This document shows positions 52,001 to 61,400 of a stretch of 64,000 nucleotides of DNA, piece after piece (within the stretch, counting starts at the first letter, position 1; each line of letters starts with the position of its first letter). Both the position numbers and the translations under genes were made by a program. Source of the stretch: a virus (Duplodnaviria; Caudoviricetes); the IMG/VR virus record IMGVR_UViG_3300023714_000001. One strand, given 5' to 3'. The notes beneath the pieces are model-generated. The model worked only from the letters and a program-made list of their open reading frames with translations, was not told the origin of the DNA and ran no database searches.

Positions 52001-55000
52001 GGTGACAAGAACGAAGTCCTTGGCTATCAAAAAGTATCAGGACTATCCGTAGCCGCAGATGCTGATGAGGTAGGCCTCAATAACGGCAGCAACAGCAAAG
52101 GCGTAAAGATGACACGCCGTCTTGCCCAGAACCTTAACCAGGAGGTTGTGGATGAGAAGGGGCTCGATTCGGTTCGCTTGGCTTATGAAAAGATGTTGCA
52201 AAATACCTCAGGGGAAGAACAGCAGCAGGAGATTCTTGACCGCTTTAACAGACGCTATAAAGACTTTGGCGTATCCGCAAAATGGAATGCGGAAGATGGC
52301 AAGCTGACGGCCACTTACAGCGAGCCGGGAAAACTACATCGCATAAATGCAGACATAATCAAGAACATGGAAGAGGAAATAATCCGTGGTCAGGGATTTG
52401 GGGCTATATGGGGTGATGGTGTTAGTACTGGCGGGGTTCGCGGTGTTATCATAGACGGGCATGTTCATGCAGATGATATGCGCGAACTTAAACAGCGTGG
52501 CATCAGTGAGAAGTCTATCAATACGATGATTAAAGCTTATGAAGAAGCCCATGGAGCTAAAATCATTGGCATGAATAACTTCCTTAGCCAGTATTCTTAT
52601 CAGTCCAGTGCCGCGGCCAATGAATTCAACGCCCAGATGGGAAAAGCCGAAACAGAAGCTGAACGCGCTGAATTAATCGAGCGGTTTACCAAAAACAATC
52701 CTGATTTTAATGTAAGAGGAATCTGGGAACTAAACACAGATAAGCAGTTCTTCCAAAATGACCCCCTGAACCCGAATAATCGTAATATGATTATTGATAT
52801 GGGCGAAGGCGCAGTTCAGCGCTACGTTGCTGTGCCAATGGAAAACCTTTCCATGATGGATGCAGCAAATGGAGAAGGAGTAATATCTGGTTCGGCTGTC
52901 CGCGACAATATTAGCAGCCTCCACCACTATTTCGAAGAGCAAAGATATCGCGGCGCTACAGTAAGCGAGTTTTATAAGAACAAGTATAATGAAGGAATTG
53001 GTGATCTTCTAAAATCGATAGTAAATCTCTCGGTTCATAAAGAAGGCGCTGCAGCTCAGGTAACAAGCGATTATATTACGGGGTCTGGCACATTCAAGGC
53101 TGATATTATCCGTATGACCGCAGATAATAATTTTGAGACTATTGTTCGTAATGAAGCGGGTGAAGTTGTAAACGGCGAAAAGAAAGCCTTTGGTTTGATG
53201 AATACAGCCAAAGTAGATGGGATGAGTCTTGCTGACCATATCAGGGCCGGGCACAATATTAACGCTACATTCCTTGGTGAAGATTTCTTTGTAAATGCCT
53301 TGCAGGATGACAGTTTGTTTGGAATTTTGGGACAACTTGGTATAAAGGATAATAAAAAAATAGTCAATGACTTCCTCGATAATATAAACGATGGCGGCGG
53401 ATTGGGCTTGCAGATGAGACAGCCTGCCGAGTATAATACGTCAGTTGGTGGTTCATACTTATTCCTTGACAGAAGCCTTTCTCGTAACCAGGCAAGGATA
53501 ACACAAAGTACACTTGCCGGCCAGAACGGCGATAAGGACGGTGACTTGGTTTATGCACTGCTTGCCCGTGCAGATGCACAAATTAAAGTTACTGGTGTAA
53601 ACGAGGACGGAGAAGAAGTTGTATTAAAATCCTTCAATGCTCGCATTAACAACCTGCAGAAAAACCTGATAGAGAATAACCTGGATGCCGGGAATCTTGG
53701 TATTAAAGACCTGGAGAATTTCTCGGACGTAAAGATAAGCGTAGGTTTTTCCGGGAAAGACCCGTTCGAGGCATACGCCCGTTCAGCGGAAGTAATTGGT
53801 ACGTCTTCACTCACAGGCGTAAAAAGAGATGTGCTAACGCTTAACGACTTAGACAAAGCTATCAGGATCCGTAACGAAAAAGCAGAGACAATGGTTGCCG
53901 GCAGGGTTTGGAATTCAAACCAGTTAAGTGTGAGTGACCGCAATAAATTCAATGAAGCTTTTGAGCAGGAAATTCAGGGCAGCAAGGAATTTAACCAAGC
54001 TATTGAGGAGTACAACAAAGAGAATGGCAAATCAATAACTGCCGAAACTCTGACAGCAGATAGTTTAGCTACAAATTCTGATGGACAGGGCATTGCAGAC
54101 AGATACTTGAAAATTCGATATGGTAAAGACACTACGTCGGATGAGTATAATGCAGAGGCCGAAATTCTGGCCAACAGAGTAAATAAGCTGAATATGGATG
54201 ATGAAATTGCAGCACATATGGGCAAAGAAAGAGCTGGTATTTTTAACATGAATACCTACCGCATGACCCAGGTTGCACATATTATCCGCGATCACGGTTT
54301 AGACAATGGTTTAACTGATGCCGACCTAAATATAATCAACCAGTTTATGGTTCATGTTAAGGAAGCTGGTCAGGCTCCTAAAAACGCGACAGCGACAGCT
54401 TCCAGCCTGGAGGGGCTCGACACGGCGCTGAAAGACTTCTGGGGTATTGGCACGGGCCGGAATGGAGTAGTCTATCAAAAACAGGCAGACCCGACAAAGT
54501 TAAACGAACTCATTGATGAGGTTTACGCTGGAGAAATTAAGGAGTTTAAAAAACTTCCGGAACGAATGAAAGATCCGGAAACTGGCACTGTGAGTGCTGA
54601 CAGGATTAAGGAAGCTTTCAGCCATCTTATGTCTGAGGGCAATTCCCTTAATGGTGAACTTTACAAAGCTTTGCGTGTCGGCTATGCGATGGATATGTCA
54701 TACACCAATATTGGCACGCCAGATGAAGGCGATATGCTCTACCGCGCTAATCAGATTAAAGATAAATGGGTAGAAGACATTGGGTTTGAAGATGCCAAGA
54801 CGCAGCACGTCGATATCATGACAACTCCGTCAAGGATCGCGGGAACCTCTGAATTTAGCGACACACCGTATACCCAGGACGAAATGATTGGAGATCTTTC
54901 GGAAGGCGAGCTGACAATGGGAGATCAGGTGCGAGGCCTGTTAAGTTCGATAAAAAAGAACTTCAAGGGGCATGGTGCGATGGCTATGCTCGGTTTTGCC

Positions 55001-55336
55001 GGAGCTACAATGGCAATCGGTATGGCGGGCGGAGCACCTACCGCACCAACACCGACCCAAGGGCAGGCACAGGGGATACAGCAAGAAAATGCGATTTATG
55101 AAATCCCCAGTACGATGAGCATGCAGGGGGTTCAGAGTGGGGCTAACCAGTCATACATTATCAACGTAAATGCATCCACAGATAAGGGGCGCGACTTTGC
55201 AACAAACGTAATAAATCAGGCGTTTGCGAATATGCCTCAAAGTGCCGGTGGAAACACCATGACCATGAATATCAAAGACTCGTCAAGTAATATCGGCTAC
55301 AGTGATATTGCTTCGTATGTCTCAGACATGTTATAG
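46094..55336 (+). CDS. Giant putative virion RNA polymerase (two-barrel type) with N-terminal DEDDh exonuclease domain
   Basis: RQP (53417) followed 36 aa later by NGDKDGD (53525); VQRGDII hybrid-motif-like segment and KLIDNKEK; YDLE, NVFGYD and HAAFSD exonuclease motifs. Confidence 0.65.
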   Translation: MANNIYSNRATSRLANRERQNRAAEDRLIKRSSQQYLEELRQYNEDKKASKSVTDNSLVKPVFQHPIDLEIELEILNNQALIPSMSRIANFDWAGANAVYGALPKRFNERGEVSTEVANIYEQKFLPVVGELLNSVQSPTQLSTVQSGDELLKRTIIQDAQLNYAFNYNALVKTNMQKQKKVVEHIQKTGKFIEYDLEGIGNDITEFSFIEFDTKAKTGTPVKKWMTGLTGVNPETAKELQSLIDDYRQFGFKHGDQKNGVSEADRYKLEAIAKRGHKKTVVENKDGINILKSYAVNEDVLIPQVEDLERGLQGLIDDYNVIHSAKPKTYSFDGRQYQLYRDDYMMLRMLYDAKKRNIALSGLNVFGYDNAQINRKFNQATGDAYLLWKQITGTGDMNDAFLIMDKTMIHREKNDPAKILANVNGALEDIAANPGNTLNTSRGQQARYGNMIDPATGKIINGPDRYQQMMHELFNGVIYAQHAAFSDTAIQGFTTIDMLKDSSFTATVKDENGKNIANPDYIFSDSKMEPERLAKAGDIFYVQKGVMGNTAAGGMSFVVDGLSGDIRFDGVRFDAQGKLLTKENLVAPALKSNTYAMLAGVKEISVDSAIGREYGKIKGTAGAENLVALMFYQYGEAYKGDAEGKLKDLNVWVGTKTEAEEFLGSNPYVGSVVPKSTPKTLEDWRTISSTNRHTDTTGVSSSVNEKFGKRHEDGSIAGLNEAVKESNITKQRDSASNWLRSLSYKKAKAAHEYITKLNNDLSKAMTSRNITGGISEFAIQQLSAFAGNRKALLSEYSMFEQKEGAEVLTQTIANATYSAGYLDKVKDILNESLKLTEKLAGPNADKAVKDQYFTQIYEHALAVLAEETGAYTPAQAYGQAASGQLRTGKQARSVLLDISSIAPTKFNNSSGLNSQTGMFFEIDPHETEPHWVARLAKMLGTENKAVAVRKLGALISKQYGEISGIKNLSRDLANMPAEPSALMLRVNQALRVIQKKRPEVLKVPETKYLDTVNGPASIDVFNSLSEKEQKPIKKKMYDTSGIQKVAKGSADIEDLVRKITESIFAPTSQFDMNGNKVTDAARSELIAHGYSSWEAEEMIRDRDKRIGATKRYLRNALTPILSSNNQVTYRFDSDRMRLELIDAASGGSTFDISNLLPMEHYDSKTGRFYTQFGNSQIATLKTLGRSVDENGVAGAFELRSQIDVAADHLAQFARYANNAGRTASENIGTLQWVMKKAVELIRPDSVTRYDHQDKRFGLMLDFMPLVKEFGYFKRLGAFDELNLSEGTLKALNSMATRLEKENGETEFGKIKALKDVKPDELEAIYKDFDTIFGALAEDSKFSQAVFGNLPQNKKEYAQSRLAHINRHAVKDPSRALASFTNTGYDATAFAGKDNRSVTVATARARTMDVDSFLREDESRKELVRGGRILLTEAEEADITHGRYGTIRTRALNIDTSVYESVIAARLEDEASGKVQKVLSSLKDSDEVVRFLNENGSIANPRLLHLFPKNINQKHLTDGLIDIDELQGTATIEAIENEKKVRRATEEVVELVREADKVAFKYAADGRGWEYVQRGDIIAWDKSYAGTPSKVRAEREGYLYKRYFMGGREVDEAEINDVLNKHFDKFKEYGRGASSKTNAEIRQIAAEVLSGEGYTLRYIVKSGDALGYQKLIDNKEKAVNDFLLAGLGEADEDIKKLLVPKEDGVAKKVLRPSPEALKDIEHFNAYLEANGYRAIDKKSIADWGEFKKKVIAEQSVKFDAVTQSLQDAGFVDKDTIKNGVNRLGIVSTAMLEQMKGSHRENDRIESRVADAIDAYARAIEAGEKAKAEAKGVEYAGSFEAAYQKASEEILGQLQQKAVFKDRDGNNLLADLDLSAERKYDGIVLSNDLYTVDINKLDKIVGQYVKENRVTADGVSESVRKAIASSIEYNAGVEMDKKESAFREGRLSQEAYDKAKDDFQDQIKKAERVAGGDKNEVLGYQKVSGLSVAADADEVGLNNGSNSKGVKMTRRLAQNLNQEVVDEKGLDSVRLAYEKMLQNTSGEEQQQEILDRFNRRYKDFGVSAKWNAEDGKLTATYSEPGKLHRINADIIKNMEEEIIRGQGFGAIWGDGVSTGGVRGVIIDGHVHADDMRELKQRGISEKSINTMIKAYEEAHGAKIIGMNNFLSQYSYQSSAAANEFNAQMGKAETEAERAELIERFTKNNPDFNVRGIWELNTDKQFFQNDPLNPNNRNMIIDMGEGAVQRYVAVPMENLSMMDAANGEGVISGSAVRDNISSLHHYFEEQRYRGATVSEFYKNKYNEGIGDLLKSIVNLSVHKEGAAAQVTSDYITGSGTFKADIIRMTADNNFETIVRNEAGEVVNGEKKAFGLMNTAKVDGMSLADHIRAGHNINATFLGEDFFVNALQDDSLFGILGQLGIKDNKKIVNDFLDNINDGGGLGLQMRQPAEYNTSVGGSYLFLDRSLSRNQARITQSTLAGQNGDKDGDLVYALLARADAQIKVTGVNEDGEEVVLKSFNARINNLQKNLIENNLDAGNLGIKDLENFSDVKISVGFSGKDPFEAYARSAEVIGTSSLTGVKRDVLTLNDLDKAIRIRNEKAETMVAGRVWNSNQLSVSDRNKFNEAFEQEIQGSKEFNQAIEEYNKENGKSITAETLTADSLATNSDGQGIADRYLKIRYGKDTTSDEYNAEAEILANRVNKLNMDDEIAAHMGKERAGIFNMNTYRMTQVAHIIRDHGLDNGLTDADLNIINQFMVHVKEAGQAPKNATATASSLEGLDTALKDFWGIGTGRNGVVYQKQADPTKLNELIDEVYAGEIKEFKKLPERMKDPETGTVSADRIKEAFSHLMSEGNSLNGELYKALRVGYAMDMSYTNIGTPDEGDMLYRANQIKDKWVEDIGFEDAKTQHVDIMTTPSRIAGTSEFSDTPYTQDEMIGDLSEGELTMGDQVRGLLSSIKKNFKGHGAMAMLGFAGATMAIGMAGGAPTAPTPTQGQAQGIQQENAIYEIPSTMSMQGVQSGANQSYIINVNASTDKGRDFATNVINQAFANMPQSAGGNTMTMNIKDSSSNIGYSDIASYVSDML

Positions 55337-55344
55337 ATTTTCAC

Positions 55345-55380
55345 AGAAGACCAAAGCAATAGTTTTTGGTCTTCTTTTTT
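55345..55380 (+). terminator. Intrinsic terminator
   Basis: agaagaccaaa...tttggtcttct followed by T-run. Confidence 0.75.
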
Positions 55381-55404
55381 GTATAAACTCGGAGGAAATA
55401 AAAA

Positions 55405-58400
55405 TTGGTAACGGATCTCAAAAACCCCGCAATCGGTTTACCAGATATGGGGGATTATTATTACGATGCTCCAGATCAGGAAGCTTATTTTGGGGAAATG
55501 GACAAGAACCTCAACTCTGTACGTCGCGACAAAGCTAACTCTGTAGAGGCGTATAGATTTTATCAGGAGGACCCTCCGCAGCCTGGAGCAGATGAAAAGG
55601 GAAAAGTCTATGTATTTGACGTTGAACTTGGCGCTAAAGGCATTGGCGACGACAGTGAAGAAGTCGCCGGCATAAAAGTGGATGACGGCGATACGCTCGC
55701 AATCCCCATTGGCAGTATTAAAGTGCCTGATGAAAAATGCGAAAAGTATCTAAGCTACATAAAAGGATACGTAAGTACCCATAACAGCAGTGGAGATGCC
55801 ACGGCAATAAATATCCGTTTTGCAGGCCTTGATACGAAAGAATTGCCCCATTACCGCAAAATAAGCATGGACGAGCTTAACAAAAAAGAGCTGTCTGAGG
55901 TAAATCTCAGCGCCGCGCTTGGGGACGATAACTACATGGTGTCAAAATACAAGAGCTGGATGCAGACACGCAAGACGCTCGATAAGGCTTATGATGGTTA
56001 TAAAACCAAGGGCACGTTTTTTGATTATGCACAGCCCAGTGATAGCGTCGTGCAGGTTGTGAAAATGGATGACGACAAGTATCATCAGTACTTTTCTGAT
56101 GGCACGAATGGCTATGTACTCGTGGCAAATGCAACAAACAATTACAGTCCGGAAACGATAGCTGACGCTGGTCTTGGCCGTGATGTTGTAGTAAACGCCT
56201 TAAACGATGCAGAGGCTATGCGTATTGTTATTGACGCTACACAGATAACTCGTGACGGCGGCAGCATAAAGACAATGTTTGATACAGAATTGTACGGCAC
56301 TGGAATCGGAAATGAGGTGAGTCGTCAGCTCGACATGATGTTTGACTCTTACACAAAACATCAGCGCCCAGGCTTTAATACGTGGGGGCAGGATGCCTAT
56401 GGCCGTTGTATTAGTGCTGTCTATGTAAAAATCAAGGGCAAGTGGATTAATCTCAACAAACTTGTTATTGCCGATACGAACATGACCGAAATTAACAAGT
56501 ACAATAATGGCGACCAATCTTCCACGGTCATTGATCTCGATAGTTACGAGTATGATAGGAAGGCATACGCGGACAGCCTGTATGCTGATACGAGCAAATT
56601 CGATGACCGCGAACAGGTTCAGAAGCAGATTTTCGGACAGACTTGGAAAGCCCTGAAGGAATGGACTGTTACAATTGGCGATGTGACTCTTTTTGTGCCG
56701 CCGACCAGTATCCGCACACTCACCCAGACAAAGGCTGAAAGAATGCCGCTTATTCGTGCAAAAGGGTCCATGGCCAAAAGCTCAACCAAAAATCAGCGCA
56801 TTATCGAAATGGATCTGTATTTCAATGAAGATCGTGGCATAAATGGTTATGAGTATAAGACCAATACCCGTCCGGATAACAAGGGTAAGGACGTGACCTA
56901 CTGGATGAATGGTTTGCGGGCGCTGTATGCTCAGTTCCGCCTTGCGCCGTTCCTGCCGATAGAAAGCCACTATATTAATACTGTTCTCGGGGTGGATGCA
57001 GTTTCTCTTGTCAATTTTTCGTGTGAGACTGTGCCTAATTTTCCGAAACTGATTAAGGCCACAATCCAGTTGTCGGAATTTGAGTATCGCATTTATATGC
57101 CGGAGATTCCTTATGATGATGGCAGCGATGACGAGACGGAAGTCCGCAACTATTTTAGTAAGCAGATAAACTATCCGTTATTCCGTTACTATTATCAGCG
57201 TTTATTGAGGAACGGTGAAGAGCTGAAGGATGTTAAGTTCCTCGATAAAAAATACATCACGAGTACCTTCGGCAATAAGACGTGTCTGGTGCCAGCTAAA
57301 TTTGTTGACCCGTACATCAGGTTCTACGTGCCAAACAAAAATCAGCTGGAAAAACTAAAGAAGGCAAAACTTGAACGAATGGCGCGTCCCAATACTGTTC
57401 GCAGCATATCAAAGACCGAACTCAACTTTGCTGATGAAATGTCAAAGGTAAAGAATGAGATAGACTATATCAACACCTCGCAGTCTCCCATTGATAAAGT
57501 CAATGATTATCTAAAAGCCCCGGATATGGATGGGTATATACTTGCCGGAATTAATGGCAAGATAATGATTGGCAAGGCGGGTGACGCTAATACGTTTGTC
57601 CCGGATCCGGAGAAAACCAAAGCATTTGAAAGTCTGATGGGGGAAGCAGCCGCTTATTATGAAAACGGCCTCACTTCTCTAAGAAGAGAAGATGGTCAGC
57701 CGCTCTGTCAAAAACAGGGAACCTTAACATTTGGTCCGTCCAATTCTGACGGCTCCATTTACGGCGCGTATTTTTCAATAAACATTGAATATCCGGATAT
57801 ATCCGAAGACTCATTGAATAACCTTAGAACGCTATCTTCTGTTTCTGGCGTAGCGTCTGCAGACGAAACTTTTGTAAACAGAAATCTTCGCCTCAGAATG
57901 TCGGTAGATCTTGGTGAAAGCAACCTTACCTATGCCACCAATATTGTAAAAGGGGCGGCACTTGGTAAAGGGGAGTCCTTGTTCTATTTTGACACCAATG
58001 CGGATTCGAGCTTCCTGAACTTTTTAACAGAAGTAAATAATAAGCAAGGCGTTGGCGGCAACGAAGATGCTAATGAAGCAAAGGCAATGGTCGACTATGT
58101 AAGTGCGGCCACACTGGAATTTGAACCGTATAATGACGATGAAGATTTCCTGGTGGAAGCTATTCATGTTAGCACCAGTAATACGTTTTCCCAGATAACT
58201 CTGCAGGAAACGTCAGGGTATGCACCGCAGTATATGGGTGGTACAGATGTTTCCCTGCAAATAAGCATGTACACGCAAAGCGAAAAAGCCGCTTCGGCCA
58301 TAAATGCCCTGCCTCACGTATCGGCAGAGTTTGCACGCAATTACAGACTGGTTTTGGCGGCATGGCCATTAAAAATCGAAACAGAATTTACTAAGCTCTT

Positions 58401-61400
58401 TGGCATCACCGATGTAATGGTAGAAGCCTGTGAAGTGGATACAGTTCCGAATTATCCTGGCCTCTATCACATCACAATGAGCCTGGTATCTGTAGACAGG
58501 TCTTTGCGCAACAGAGAATCCCTAAAACAGAAAGATATGAAAAACTTCCATAATCTGTCTGTACAGGGTGTTGCTCGTGAGCGTCGATGGTCGTATACGC
58601 AAATGGCAGAGTTCCTTTCTGAAGCAGAGCTTTATCCGGATCTTGAACTTCCGCCTCTTAAAGAACTGGCGGAAAGCGGTTTTAACTTTATTCGTTACTC
58701 GAATACAAAGAGAGTCTACCCTGACCCGGACTTCTATTTTACATATAGTTATGTCCTGATGAGCCAGCTTATCCGTGAAGCTGTACTCAATGCACTGAAC
58801 TCTGATGCGTGCCAGACTGTGGTTAGAGACACGACCGGCAAAGAAATTAGTGGCAGCCTTGCAGAACGTATAGGCTCCTGGAATCGAAATTATGAACTCT
58901 CTAAGGGGTGGGATAAAGATCTTGGCTCCGTATTTCAGAATGACGATCTTATTGCCGCCCGCATTATCACAGACTGGGAAAATGTTGCGGACGATGAACG
59001 TGACGAAACGTGGACGATTGCACCAAACGTAAAGGTGGCTATGATGGAGAAGCGCATGCTTAACCGCATTAACGATTCTTCTAAGCAAAGCTATCAGGAG
59101 AAAAATGGTGCTGATATTCATTCGTCTACAACATACGATAATGTTGATGGTTTAAAGCAGCCGGCAACTGGTCAGACCACAGAAACTGATAAGGACGGCA
59201 ATGTAACTGAGCTGAAAGACGCTCCCGATAATCAGAATAGCACAGAGTCTAAAGACACAAACGATATTGGATTATCGAAAGAGAATGACGCAAAGAACCT
59301 TGAAAAATTAAAACAGCAACAGCAGGATATTAAAGATGAAAAAGCCACGGGGAAATATTCTTCTATCATGTACAAGAAGAACGAAGATATTTCCAACCGT
59401 ATAAATGGTGTCATTAAACATTATCAAAACATTTCCATTGATGAGATGGGTGACGGTATTGGAGATATTGTTCAGCAGCTGGTTGCCGCGTTTAATACTT
59501 GTCCTAAATACAACAATTCGCATATTGAAGGCGTCCCGGGGCAAGGCAAGAGTGAGATTCCAAACGGGATGTTTGGTAAAATCCCGGCCTTCCTAGACGC
59601 CGCCGCTGACGCGATTTGCAGCAACAATGGTGTTGACTACAGCGAAGAAAGTGCAGAGCATTTTAATCATACTGCTACCACTGTTGGCGGAGCAGCTGCG
59701 ACAGGTGCCCTTGCAGGAAGCGTGGTGGCTGGACCTGTAGGCACTGTTGTTGGGGGCGCAGCTGGAGCTGCAGTCGGTGGTGCTACTGCCTTTGTTGCTG
59801 CTGCAACAGGGGTCCATGATAATAATGGTAAATCCCCCTGGAAACACAGTACAAAATATCGCGGGCGGCTTAAAATTGACGGCATAGAGCAGATGTGGGC
59901 ATTTGATGATGATGACCCACAAAAAGACTATAAGGTTGAAATGATTGCAAAGAACGCTACAGAGTTTGGTTATTTCAACTTTAAGTTCTACACGCCTGAG
60001 GAGTTAGAGGATAGATTCGGCTATTATGGTCATATCGAGCAGGACAACACTGTAGAAAACAGTGAAACCGTAGTAGAAGCCCATCCCCGCATGGGAAGAT
60101 ATTTAGCCGACCCGTATTACCGGTATGCAGATGCAAAAGTTCAGGAAGAATATGTCAGAAGATGTCTGACGGATTATGGGTTCGCTAAAAAAGCCTTCCT
60201 CAGAATCTGTATTCTGTACATGCAGGTTTTAGTAAGCTACAATGTTTTTCCTTCGTTTTCCTATGATGTTATGCGCGATGCTCTTACATACGAAGAGAAT
60301 TTACAAAAGATTGTAACCGGTATGGAAGAACTGCGTAAGAAAAAGGCGGAAGAGGAGAGAACTAAATCCGAAACCCAGAAACAGTATGGCACTTCTAAAA
60401 AATATTCTCAAAAGAAGCAGCCTGGTGAAGTTAAGGCTGATGCTGCCAATGTAGTGTCGTATGTTGGTGCTGCTATTCCTGAAGGAACTACTGGCAACAC
60501 AAAAGACGCCAAGGAAGAAGATAAGAAAAAAAGTGCCGAGGGTGAAAATAAAGAGGGCGAAAACAAAGAAGGCGCAGAAGCGAAAAAAGCGAATGACAAT
60601 CCTGGCATCCCTGATATAGCTGCAGCAACAATGGTAACCAAAGCGAATGTTTCCAAAATTGCCAGCCAGATTAATAAAAACAAAGAAGCAATGGATAATG
60701 GCAAACTGTTCCTTATGTGCGCCATGGGCGTTGTGGATGGTGATAAGAATTTCTTGCAGCTTCTCCTTAACAGAGAGTATGATGCCTTAAATGCCATCGC
60801 CGGAGCAGCATGCAGTGGCAAAGCATCCCCAAACAAAAAAGATGCTACGTACGAAACGCGCCTCCGCAGCTTTATCCGGGCTTTAGCAGGAGAAAATGTT
60901 ATCGATAACTCACTGATCGGCTCGGGTGAGACTGAGGCACCTTCAGCTGTAGTAGCTCAGAATGACTCTCGTGCTAACTGTTCTGCAGCGTCAGAAGATC
61001 CGACCATGTATATGGTACATAGCTTCTATGATATGGTTGTACATGACTGCCGTGGCAGAATGCTGCGCGCCTTTCCAACATTCTATATGTTCTTCATTGA
61101 TGAAGGACGCAAGATTGGCAAATTTAGACTTCACGATAACTTCTACAACACTAACGCGATTTCAAGCATAACGATTTCGAAATCACGCAAGAATCCTACG
61201 GATGTAGCAGAAGTTGTAATGACGAACTTCTTCAATACTTTCACCACAGAAGATGAAGATCTCAATATGAACTATTCAGCAAACTTCACTGATGTGTTCA
61301 AGTCTTTATGGCTGCCAACCCTGCAGTCTTATGCAGTGGATGAAGAAGAACGCCGTACAAATGCTCCTAAAGCTGAAAGATTCCGGTTAAGACCTGGTGC

